Source: Phoronis australis (taxonomy: Eukaryota > Animalia > Phoronida). From it: a stretch of 64,000 bases of DNA. This document shows, in pieces, positions 41,464 through 53,900 of the stretch (its first letter is position 1; every line of letters starts with the position of its first letter). The position numbers were made by a program, and so were the translations under genes. The notes beneath the pieces were generated by a model. It saw only the letters and a program-made list of their open reading frames with translations, was not told where the DNA came from and ran no database searches. The DNA lies in the NCBI GenBank assembly GCA_002633005.1, contig NMRA01000552.1:164283-228282 (forward strand), read 5' to 3'.

Positions 41464-43931
41464 GTAAATGAAATCATTAAGTCCGGTGGTGAAGGTTGTT
41501 AATTCACTATAGTTTATTCAGATTTACAGAGTTTATGGCTGAAAGTTGTCTAATGTGGTAGTATTCTGACGTTTTGTTTTGAACCGTTCCTCAAGTTTCT
41601 TTTCATATTTGTGTTATTTCAAGAAGATCTTTAACAGAACCAGTGCATTTTTGTAGTGTTTAGGTAGATTTAAATGGCCATACTAAGTGTCATTGGGTAA
41701 TACTTACATACAGTTGTTTTGACAAATTAGTATTTTGAAAGAAATTATATGTCTATGATTATTGTAGAAATGGCTTTCGTATTGTTGATTTCGTGTGAGA
41801 GACTATTATACTATCAATCAGTTCAACATACATTGTTTATGATTCAGTGACGATTTAGTCTAATACATTGCAAAAGTAATTCGGAGGAAATTATCAATGG
41901 ATTTGTAATGTTGATTTCCCTACAGCATTATTTTATATATTTCTGTATGGTCAATTTTGTGGTAAGTGTGATAAAAGATTCATATTACTATAGAAATGCT
42001 ATATTATTGGTATTGATGTTCTGTGTGTACTTTAACTGTCTCAATCTTTTCAAATGTCCCATTAAACTGGAGATCATGAACTGTAGATGCATGGTGAACT
42101 TAGGACCAAGACTACAAAACGGAAGAGTCAAACACAACGTACATTCAAGCCACACGGGTGCCACAAGTCAGTCTGTTCATCTCTGAATCGATGTTATCAG
42201 TAAATCTTTCAAGCAAAATCAGCACAACAGTTTACACAACTACTGGAATTTTTTTAAATTCTAGACTTTCATGAACGGAATTTCTTTAACTTTCTCCTGA
42301 ACGGTGTTGTCGCATCCCCCCTCTCTCTCTCAACCCATGCTCAAATCCATCATCGTTCTTTGACTGGCTATTTGTTTTTTTCTTTTGTTGCCACAAATTT
42401 GCAAGAAGATTCGACACTCGCTTTCATCTGCTGCAACAATTTGTTTACCCTGGCTGACACGCCACATGGAACAACTCCTGGTTGAGTCTTAGTTGAGAAC
42501 CCCTTGTTCCCAGTGGTTTCATCTAAAAGTAGTTGATTGTATTTCAAAATCCTGGTAGGGTGTACCTTCACGTCGTTTGTAACATGTTCCTTGAAGCTCG
42601 CCTTACAATAGCAGTGAAACTAAAATAGTATGCTTGATGTACATGTAGTGCTCATGGCGATTTATTGGTAATGTGCTATGCTGTTGTTTTGTTTTGATAT
42701 GAAAGTAACAAAGTAATGACACAAAATGTGATCCATTCATTGCACCACACTTGTTTTGTAACATGTTTCATGTTTTATAAGTAAAAATTTCATTATTGTT
42801 CGACACACCACGATCCGTTCTCGATCGCATAAACACAACAAACACACATTTGCGTCCCCGATCGCCTATCTTTGCGTTATCGATCACATCTTCCCAGAGA
42901 AAAGTGTCAAAAATTCAGAGATCCTGACAAAGTTATAAAAAACAAGCGTTGCGTTATATTTTCACAAGTCATTTCTTCATAACTTCATGGTCAATTTATT
43001 GATTTAGTACAAAAAATATTCGCAATTTGCCAAAATGATATACTAACCACCTTCGGCTTATGCTATGCCTCGGTCAACGTAACTTTTCTCCGACAATTGG
43101 AAGAGACATTAGCCTAAACCTACACCTGTCCTTCCTCAATGTGTTACGCCTTGAACTCATGTCTCTGTTTTCACATTGGAAGTAAAAACATCAAAAATTC
43201 ATCAAATTTACTCCCCTTGCCTGGTTTCGCTTCTCACGCCAAATTTCGTTCTCATTCGCCTTCCGGGCGTTCTCGAACGCGGGTTGTACATCTAAAGCTA
43301 GCACATCGCTCCTGTTAATCTCCATCACGCCTGTGTCAATCACCCGCTCTACACTGACACTAGCTATACCTGCCTCCCATTTATTTGCCAATTCATGCAT
43401 ACATGTACTGTCAGACGGTCGGCAGTGACCATCAAACAGGCTAAAAGTAACATGGTTAAAATTGTGTATTAAGTTCAACTAAATGCGTTCTGTTTTTGCT
43501 CATGTTCTCGTCGCAATCAGGCATGAAATTCTACTCTTGATCCTCTACAGTATGAACAATGTGGACGTTGGCTATATCATGTTGTTAGACGATTGTTAAT
43601 GTCGCCTCACCAACATTGCGGTCGGCACGTACAACAATGATACATCCAATGAGCACTTCTCCATTCCTACTTAAATGAGACTAAATGAATACGAGAGTTC
43701 TATTCTGTGTACAAATCAAAAGACCACAAGAGAATACAGCTCCTGTAGATATAATGCTATTAAAGCCATTATTGTTATTGCTGTTGACATCGTCAATACA
43801 AAACGTAACCACAAATACATAATTATTAACACCACAAACCAAATTCGCGTTCTCAGTGATTTTTACGCCAAAAACACCAACTTTTGAATTAGACCACATC
43901 ACTGTAAAATTGTACCAGTTTTTTTCCTTAC

Positions 43932-44072
43932 CAAGCTTAGAAGTGATTTCTGGGCTCAGGAACAACTTAGGAACAAACTTAATAAAGTAGGCCAGTTTAG
44001 TAGGCCATCATCGTCATGCACCAACAGGAAGGTAATTAGACTGCTACGAGCTACGGGAACAGTTCTGGTTGC
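43932..44072 (-). pseudogene. Frameshifted ZZEF1-like exon (may now supply a premature stop)
   Basis: Good splice sites (tacag / gtaagg). The 3' end PEITSKL G| matches ZZEF1 PVTQKL and the phase of the next exon, but the incoming frame stops at 43958-43956; internal small duplications. Confidence 0.55.
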
Positions 44073-44266
44073 CTGTATAAAAACTACACGGAGACAGTGG
44101 TACATGATACTGCATGTTGTGGCATTAAGCTTTTCCTTAAAGCCCCTATCAAGTATGTTCTTCTGTTCAAAACACAAACTTGCTTCACAAGTGTATATGC
44201 TCTTCTAAAGTAAGGTCACCGTGTAATTATTCTTTGTTGGAATTGTAATTGGTTACAATAAATCAC

Positions 44267-44300
44267 CTTAATTTCCATGATGGCCACGCAGCCTTGGCGA
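44267..44300 (-). CDS. Candidate 34-bp ZZEF1-like mini-exon
   Basis: tttcag|..EIK|gtgatt; phase fits the upstream exon; weak similarity. Confidence 0.35.
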
Positions 44301-44500
44301 CTGAAACTAACCCACCATGACAAGAAACATAATGTTCATGGTCGGAGACAATAATGACCGCAGATGCTTCCTCTCAATCTTAAAAACAATTTCTCATTTG
44401 ATCTATTTTACTAGTGGCCTAAATCAATAGACGATTTCAGACACTCAACAGACACAATTATATGTCCCTTTTATAATTGAAACTAGTTTTCTCATGGATG

Positions 44501-44792
44501 TATAAGCAGATTTAGGAGGGAGCCCAGGGGGCTGCCCCCCCCCCTTGGTTGCCGCCAAAAAAATCAAAGAGCAAGAGTGTGTGGAAATATTGAGTTTAGT
44601 AATTAATCCCGGTAATTAACATGGGGGGCTCAGACACACGGTGTACACGTTTTCCGGTTTTTTGTTTTGTTTTTTTTTTTAGGCCGCCGAGAAAAATTCA
44701 AACACTCCTAGAATTTCACATGTGCCTGTACTTTGCGGTTGCCCTAGACAACATGTTGGGCCCCCCGTTATGTTGTCCTAGATCCACCACTG
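44501..44792. mobile_element. Degenerate hAT-type MITE, 5-bp TSD
   Basis: Right TIR CTAGATCCACCACTG, eroded left TIR, flanks GGATG/GGATG. Confidence 0.55.
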
Positions 44793-44843
44793 GGATGTCC
44801 ATAAAACTTCATGTTTGTAAAAAATTTAAACGCTTGTACTCAC

Positions 44844-44944
44844 TTTTCACGAACCATAAGCAGCAAGTCATCTGTACTTTGTCCATGGAGTTCATAAATG
44901 GCTCTTAAAATGGACATGGGAATGTTGAACTTCTCATGTAGTGT
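44844..44944 (-). CDS. ZZEF1-like exon (last clearly intact in-frame exon)
   Basis: TLHEKFNIPMSILRAIYELHGQSTDDLLLMVRE. Confidence 0.88.
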
Positions 44945-47900
44945 CTGAAGAGATAAGTATACATTGACTTGCAAAGACATGCTTTGTTTGAATGATGCAT
45001 TGTGCATAGACAAAGCAAGTACGATTAAAAGTTATCAAATACTGCAACTACAATTACAGATCTTTTGTTCATGTAAAATCCACAATACCCTTAAAGCCCA
45101 CCGGAAAACTTCTAAAATATGCTCACGGGTGGATATTCGGAAAACGAACTTTCAAGATGGCAAATGAAACCGAATATATCCCTGGGCTTATTTTTGGAAA
45201 GGGGGCGTACTTTTGGAAAATATGTCATTGAAACTGTCATTCAATATCTCGTAAAATTACAATCCCAAAATGTCTTGCCAAAATAAACAAAATTTTATAG
45301 ATCAAAGCACATTACATTTGTATTTCAGAACAATCCCATCAGATTTTCAAAGCATACAAACATTTACCAAAAATACACCCAAGGGCGTACTTTTGGAAAT
45401 TTTTCCAAAAACACGTCCATGGGCATACTTTTGTGGGGGACTGCTTCCAGAAATTCCCAGCAAAAGCATTCTCTCCTTAACTTTTGCAATTTTATCCTTG
45501 ATGACAACAGAAGAGAATTTCCAGATAAAAATATGTTAGCTGTGACAGTGACCCTGTTTTACTCAGGATTAAAATCAAATTTTTTTTCACACCTCAAAGC
45601 ATATCTTCGCCATGTCATCAAGATCCTTTGACGAGTCTAAGTCTTTAGGCATGAGCGTTACATCACGAACTTTGACGGAGTTGGAAACAGCATCTTTGTC
45701 TCGAGAGTAAAGCATCAAGGAGAGGATCTGTAAAGATATTGACATTCAATTCAATATTTGTCCAGGTTAGCACTAAAGACAAAATTGATTATTGGATTTG
45801 TTCAGGTTAGCACTCAGAACAAAAATAGTGACATTCAATTATTGCACATGTCCTGGTTAGCACTCAAGATGAAAATAAGAGTTTAAGCATGGGCATCACG
45901 CAAATTACATCAGAAAAAGGACATTCGAATGTGAAGACATTGAAAATTCAAGGCTGGGAATTAGTTGAATGAAGGTTCAGACACTCACAAAGAGAGAGGT
46001 TGAGAGTTTGATATTCTGTAGACTTCCAACTGAGCCCTTTACTGCCCATGCTTGTGACAAAATTTCTTCCTAATGCTCAGTCATCATTTTCCCATAAAAT
46101 ACCTGATTTATCTAGTTTCTGGATTGCACACCTACCCAAAACCTATTAAAACTGCAAAAAGCCACCTTGAACTATTTTGACCTTTTGATTTAACTTTGAC
46201 CTTCATTAGGGAACTCTAGAATATCCCTGAGCTGCAGTCAAGCTGAATGTAAAGAAGGCAAATAATTAAATTTACTATCTGGCATTACTATTTTAAGTTC
46301 GCACCCAGCATTTAATTTAAATCTCTGAGTATCAGGGGCCAATTGAAGAGCATCAAATGAGTTCCAGCATCAAAGCAATGAGCATTGCTTTACCTGCCAA
46401 AAACAAACAAAAATAGAATGAAATAATTCTGACTTAAGCCTTCTAACATGACTCTAAGTAAACAGTCGAATCAGTAGAATTTTTCAAAAGGGGCATCAAA
46501 TAAATCACAAACAAATCACAAGCAACTCAAGTAAGCAATACCGGTTCAGCCAGTATCAACAGCACCAGATTTAATATTTTAAAGGAGCATGCCACCCAAA
46601 AAACAACTTAATTTGTATCAATTTAGATCGAGTAGTTCTACTCCACAACGACACGTACGGTTGCGTTACCTGACACCTGATGGCAGATGGAAGTGTTGAA
46701 ATTATCCAATGATGTCATCGGTTTCATACGCAGTCTGTTCAGCAGTTCACAACACGGCTTACTCGTGTCAGCTTATCGCTTGAAGTTATCGTTTAACACC
46801 AATAAATCATCAAACTTCGATTTAAAACTCTTAAAGATACACGGAGTTCTTATAAAAACGTGTTGTTTTATTTCGCTCTTACGGATTTATTGGTATTTGG
46901 ACACACCGCAGCCTACGAAGTTCGGCAGGCCAATAAGGTCCGTAGCAGTTTGGGGTCTGTTTGGAGATATAATTTCGAAGTATTTTCCGTGAGATACAGA
47001 CAGGAGAACCTAGACCTTTGTTGTGTAGACTTGTCATTTTTTGAGTTCTAAACACAGAACACTTGTTAGCCTGGTCAGTGGCTCGGAGATCGATCAGGCC
47101 TGTCGCGGCCGGCCGGATTGACTCGATCCCCGCCAGTGGCTCCGGCTGAAACTGATCAGACATCACGACCATAAACCAGCCAAAGTTCAGTGGAAACTAA
47201 ACTTCCAGTCAAGAAAATACTATGCTAGCGAGCCAAAGTAATGTGCACCTGATTATGTTGGTGAATTAGCCACGAAACTGCAAATCTACTTACTCGTCGG
47301 GGCCGTCAATTCCGAGGTTCTGCGTTGGCCACAGCACCGTCAGGGCAGAAGTTGTACATTGACAATAATAATTTGAGTAATGTAAATGTAAATAAAGATT
47401 TCCCTAACATCTGGCCGTGGGATTGAAATCGAGTTGTTTCACAACAGTTTTTGCCAGCAAACATTAAATTAGCAGGTGCTCACACGGCCTAGGTGTCCCG
47501 TCAACTAGTTTTATTGCACCTTAAGTCGACCGGGTAACGCAGTGATTTATTCATTGGTGGCTTCTCAAATCATTTGCACTCACGAACACTCCAAAGGCAT
47601 TACAAATTGCATCTAATGAGACAGACGTTGTTTCAGTTTTATAAATTTTAAAGTATTGGTTAGGGTGAGAATAATTCATTTTGAAACAGAACGCTCAGTA
47701 ATAAACGCCAACGATGGCAACTCGCAATCCCGTCTTAGGACGAGCTAGAGCTCATCAGTCCCGACTTCGCAGATGGATCTTTAAGTTTTACTGGCTATCA
47801 TTTCGAACAGTAATACAGTGATGAAGAAATACTAGAGAGGCGCCGTGAACAAGCTCAGACAACGGAACGTATGAAGTTATTTGGTAAGCCGGCATTCGTC

Positions 47901-50900
47901 AGGCACTGTCAACGTCTGCAGGCCACAGACACGGAGATGTTTCACGGCCTAATACTTGCTATTTACAGCTAACATTTCATTCTTCACTACCATGAGCCAC
48001 TTCCTAAGCATTTCGGACTCTCGAGGAAGTAAAAAACCTGATTTCCTTGCAACTGCTGAGTTAGGACAAGCGGGAACGTTGCACGGCAACATAGCAGCAT
48101 TCACTGTGCAAATGAACCACTGACGTCGCTAGCGTAGTTTCTGACCTTCCTCACAGGTTAACGCGACACCTCTTGGCAAGGTAAGGTCGACCGTATGCGA
48201 GGCGATGTGGATATAGACCGATTAAGACGGCAAAAAAGACTAATTAAAAAGGGTGGCATTCTCCTTTAATAATACTGTCATTTTCACTATTAATAATGTA
48301 CTGCACACACCTCCAAGTCCTTTAGGAGCCACTGTTTGCTGAAGCCTGTACCCTGCTTGGAGACACAGACCAGAGACTGGATGAACTGAGCAGCGAACAG
48401 ATCCTTGCAGTGAGCCTCAGTGAAGTCACCTGATTTCAGCAGGCACTTGAGACACAATGACAACACCCATAAGGTTTCCACGGAGAGAGGGGTGCCTACC
48501 AAGCAATAAGGGCAAACATGATACTGGAATGTGTTTGACTGAGCTAATATCTTAGCACGAAGTCCTGAGGCTAACCAGTTGAAGCATTCATGAACAAAAT
48601 TTCTTGTATTCACTAATTGAATGTATACACTGCTTAAGAACTAAACTCAGCCCATCAACTCACAAGTACAGCTCACCGATCGCCAACCACAGCTCACCAA
48701 ACATGGCTTGCCAAACACGATGGCGTATTCACAAACAATACTTTGCACCCCGAAAACATTGTGTGCAAGAAGTGGAAAACAAAAATGATCCTAAAGTGCC
48801 GCATGAAAACAATGTTTCGATGTAATGCAAATACCCTCTTAACATCAGGTACAACAGTAAGACAGAATAGACCAAATCATCATTACAGAATATTTACTTC
48901 ATATCAGAGTTTCAAACGACATCTCTGTCAACTGAAAACGATAGAAGCAAGATAAGTGGAAAACACGAACGATGCTAGAGTGTAGCATGAAAATGATGTT
49001 TCGATTTTATACAAATGTCATCATCAGGTAAAATAGACAGAATAGAACAAAATATAACAAAATGTTCACTTCACATCCCAGTGCATGACACCAGATCAGT
49101 CAACTGAAAACTGTACTACAACTCAAGCCTTTATGCTCCATTATTCCCATTGAGTGGCCCTTCAGCATGGCTGGCTTGTGTGTGAATAGCCTCACAGATT
49201 ATGAGTGGACATATCAGTTTTTGAACATAAATCCCAACATGTATATTCTTACCTGACTTCATCCTTGCAATGATGTCTCTCACAGTTGATATAAACATGC
49301 TGACATGACCTTCCTTCAACACCAGAGTTTCACACCAGTTCACTTCAATGCAGCCATCAGTCACCTGAAACAGCCATTGCAATGTGTAAGACATATCATC
49401 TGTTCACAGAGACCACTCCTGCTTAACTGGAACTGAGGTTACAGATCGTTTTGTCTAGTCTATGGTCACGCTAAAAAGATCCCTTGATGTCTGTAAGTAA
49501 CGCAGGAAACCTTCCAGGTTTACACATTCTTCCAAAATTAGCATCTATCAATTTCACTTATTGTTGGAAAGTGAATGACAACAGACAAAATGAAAATTTT
49601 GCTGCTAAGTGACTCTCCAACTTTGCTGTCAGCACTTACAACAGCAGCATGTCTATTAAGCATGGATAAGTGCTTCTTAAGTCTGTGCTAGTTTTACAAT
49701 TTGAGGGCAACGGTATCTAACAACAGTCTAAAGCAGTGGCCTGATATTGTTTTTCAACTATTGTCTTGAAAATTGAACACCAAGCTATTCAAAAACATAA
49801 GGGGCATGTTTTATCAAAGACCACATTGCCTAATCATAGCTGAGATCATAACATGTTGGGATTTTACTGGTACGCAAACTGTTATAGTCATTCATGAAGA
49901 TAGTCCTAATTAATGAGCATAGTTTACAGTCAAATTAAAGTTAGTTCCAATGTTTTGCTTAATGTAAAAACATATTATGTTCACAATCAAGTTCAGGAGT
50001 ACAGCCTCTGTTAAAATGAGTTCCTAGAGCTCTTAATAGATAATTCAAAAGCTAGGTAAGTGTACCCAGTAAACTTACAGTCTGCCGCCGTCTGGTCTTA
50101 CAGTCTACAAGAATGGAGCGGTGTTTGTCGGTGAAGTGTTTCAGCACCACAGCATGCTTCGAATCTCCTGGCTTAAGGCTGTACTTCACTCCTACACCCA
50201 CGGACAGCACCTACAGGCAAGAGGTCGCAAGAGGGCACTAATGTATGTCAGAAACCAATCAACAGATGTGCAAGACTCCTTAATGGGAGCCAGGGAGTGA
50301 AAAAACACTTCAGCTGTCATTCAAATTTCACAAATCAAAATCCTAGGTGTTCATTAGTCACAGCAAGTTTTTAATTTATCAACAAATTAAAAGCACAGAA
50401 CTTTTCCTAGCAAATGAAAAATTCAGTCAAATAGAAAAGAAAATGGGCACAAGACTTAAATTTAATAAAAAATTAATTAGAAATTGCCCACCTCTGGGTA
50501 CCCTGCCAAGACAAAGAGGGCAAAGATTGCAGATAACTCTGGGTCATCTTTCAAAGTCATCACTGATTGGTTAATGTGTTCCAGCAGAAGATCTTTCCAC
50601 GCAGGAGCAGCCAATAGCTGTTGCAGAATTTGTGCCACAGAACAAGCCCACTCCAAACCACTCCTAAAATTGATTTGACTACATTTTTCACAAGTTTCTA
50701 AATATCAAGACACATATTGCAACCACCTCAATCTTCACACAAAAGAAAGTAGGAACAAAGGATCACAACTAAAATTAGTGACCAGCTCAGATAACAATAC
50801 CTGTTTCACCAAAATAAACTTTATCCACCAACAGCCAACTGAATTGCTGATATTTTTATTAGCTAGAGCATTTCAGTTGAAACTACTGAAACACATAAAC

Positions 50901-53900
50901 AAAACGTCTCCATGTAAGTATGCAGTGCACATAAATAGTCCTACTATATGATAAAGGTTTACTATAGCACACAACAGTGAGTAAGTACATTAGAGTGAAG
51001 CCTGGGGATGAGGTAACAGTATTAGATGCTCAGTGCTCGATTTGGCAACCTCAGGTTGTGTTTGGCGACCTCAGGTTGTGTTTGGCCACCTCAGGTTGTG
51101 TTTGGCAACCTCAGGTTGTGTTTGGCAACCTCAGGTTGTGTTTGGCAACCTCAGGTTGTGTTTGGCCACCTGGAAAAAATCTCAAGTCGCCAAAAAGTCA
51201 CCACTGCGAGCATCAAAGTCAAACAATAATTTCCCCAACATTCGTTTCAAAGTTCGTGTTGACTAGCAAACTTTAAATAACTAAGAGTTTTCCTAGATTT
51301 GTTACCATTGGTGAAATCAGTGCAACTGCCACTACAGCAGTCGGCAAAAATCAAACGCGCTTAAATTACAACAGGAAGTAAACAGACCGAAGTTGGAATT
51401 GTTTGGCAAAAATCGGGCAAGTTTGGTGAAACACGCGCCACCAGTATATGCGATCATCTGTCTTCTATGTTCTTTCGTTGGTGCAAAGAATTGAATTAGA
51501 GAATGAATGTACATTTACTGGGACAAATTGAGAGGTAAGATTCCGAGAATGGAGCACGGTATGTCACCTTTTTTGGTCAGCGATTTCTACGCCGGATTCC
51601 GACTACCTCAGATTTCATTTGGCGACCTCGGATTTTCAGCTTTGGCAACCTCAGATTTTGTTTGGCGACGCCAGATTTTTGCCAACTCGTCCAATGCGAC
51701 TTGGCGTTAAGCTAAGCTTCGAGCACTGATGTTGCTAACATTATGACAGACAGTTAAACAGTTCTCACCTTTCAAGGCACATGGCACCAAATGAGAACAG
51801 GAAGTCTACAATATTCTTCTCCTCTTGTTCTTCTGTCACCTCTTGTTGCACCTAATGTAAAAAACATAAATCGTGTTGAAACTTAAAATCTTTAAGTCCC
51901 ACACTCCTGGGGAACATGAATCTAAGCAGTTAAAATTCAAACAAATTTTAGTAGATGGAAAAATGGTTCTACAACAGTTCCAAATAAAAAATACTAGTCT
52001 TCTGACAACACAAAACTGTGTCAGACAAAGTACACACAATGCAAAACTTGTCAGACAGTAACCACAACGCAAAAATGTGTCAGACACAGTACCCACAATG
52101 CAAAATTTGTCAGACAAAGTACTCGCAATGCAAAATGTGGCAGACAAAGTACCCACAATGCAAAATGTCCCAGACACAACACCCACAATGCAAAATGTGT
52201 CAGACACAGAACCCACAGTGCAAAAATAAGCAGACCACAGTCAATGCTTGAAACCAGAAATACCTACTTGAAGCAATATCAGAGAAGACAAAACACTTGC
52301 CTAAGTTGGCAGCCTATCCCTACTAACCTTTTGTATGGAAGAACTCTCTCCTACCCTAAGAAAGCTATATGTCATTTTATATGAAGAGTCAACTCACAAC
52401 ATTGTCCACTTCAACTGGCACTTGGTCCTCCTGCACTGTGGTGCCATCTTTGGACTGATCATTAATGAATGCATCAAAAGACTCCAACAGCTCTGGTTGA
52501 TCTTCCAAAATGGACATGGAATTTGCTTTCACTTTACTGGCATCCATGCTGTAAATGACAATGTGAAAAGAATTTTGAATTTAATAGGAAAGTGCAACTG
52601 CATTAAAACAAACCAATCAACATTCATTTTAAAGCAATAACTTATTTTCTGTCTCTTTCCTGTATTGCGTGCCCATTACGCCCCAAAATATATTACCATG
52701 ATGGTTGTTTTATTTTTATGTAAACTCCATAACTAAGAGATCACAGAAGACATATAGAATTTTTTACGTCCCTGATGTCAATCAATTACACAGAATTGTA
52801 AAGAAAAAAATCAAGTCAATGCTGAAGGAGATGGCAAAGGGACAAACAAATTTGAATAACAATAAGAGTAATGCAAATTTAACAATTATTGCTGAAAACA
52901 ATTATTGCCCCAATGCAACCCTCGAACGTGTTTATCCCATTTAAGCAACCATCAGAAATATCTGACAAACAAACTCACGTTCCAGCTTTGAATTGAGCAA
53001 TGTTATGAAAGAACTCCAACTGAACTTCAGGCTTGTCTGTAAAATAGTCCTTGACCTGACCTAAAAACCTGAGATGATGTTCACCAAGCTCCACAGCATA
53101 TGATTGGCTGGCTTTGGTTTTAGTGGGACTTGCAGGAGATAGTGTCACTTTGAAGGCACGTATCTGGAAAACAGAAGAATTACAAAATTAATAGTTGTCG
53201 CTGACAAATTCGAATTAATGTGGGGCCAGGGATCCCTAAAGATGCTGAAACAGATTGCAAAATGCAAATGAAATTTTATTTTTATTGTCTGCTTTATTTA
53301 GTATTATGCCCATTGTCAAAATGAGGAAAATACCTTAAAAAAGTTTTGAGCATCTTTCAGGTGGCGTTATAACTTGGGCCCCATCACGTGATATCTATGA
53401 TCAGTGTTATAATTAAAATTACAATGGTGAAGTAAAACAAAAAAGCAACCAAGTGAAAAATCCATCACATTTTTTAGGAGAGCAACATGGTCCAAAAAGT
53501 AGAAATGTGAAGTACATGAGTTAGGAGTGAGATTTAAACAAGATTTTCCCTTTTTTGATCAGCTCACACATTTTGCGGCATTAATGAATATAATGACAAA
53601 AATCAAACACCTTTAAAAAATTACAAAATTAATATGAATGTGCAATAGAAAAATTAAGTGACTTGATCTTTTTCTGTAATTCTGCTCAGTTTACAGTTGG
53701 TGTATTGGTGGAATTTGAAAGGACTTTTCAAGCAGGTCCTGTACATTTCTACCATGTCATGCACTACTAAACAGAAAAGACTCCACATTAGTGAGGTCTA
53801 TATAGAGTTAAATAAGGAATAAAGCTGCTTACACTGTCTGCATGAGTGAACCTCTGAAGAAGCCTCACAATCAGTCCCATGGCCATATGCTGGGTAATTA

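Noticed and set aside
51041-51171. CRISPR-like array
   Set aside because: Contiguous 20-bp units without spacers, inside a TIR element in eukaryotic DNA; no cas genes.
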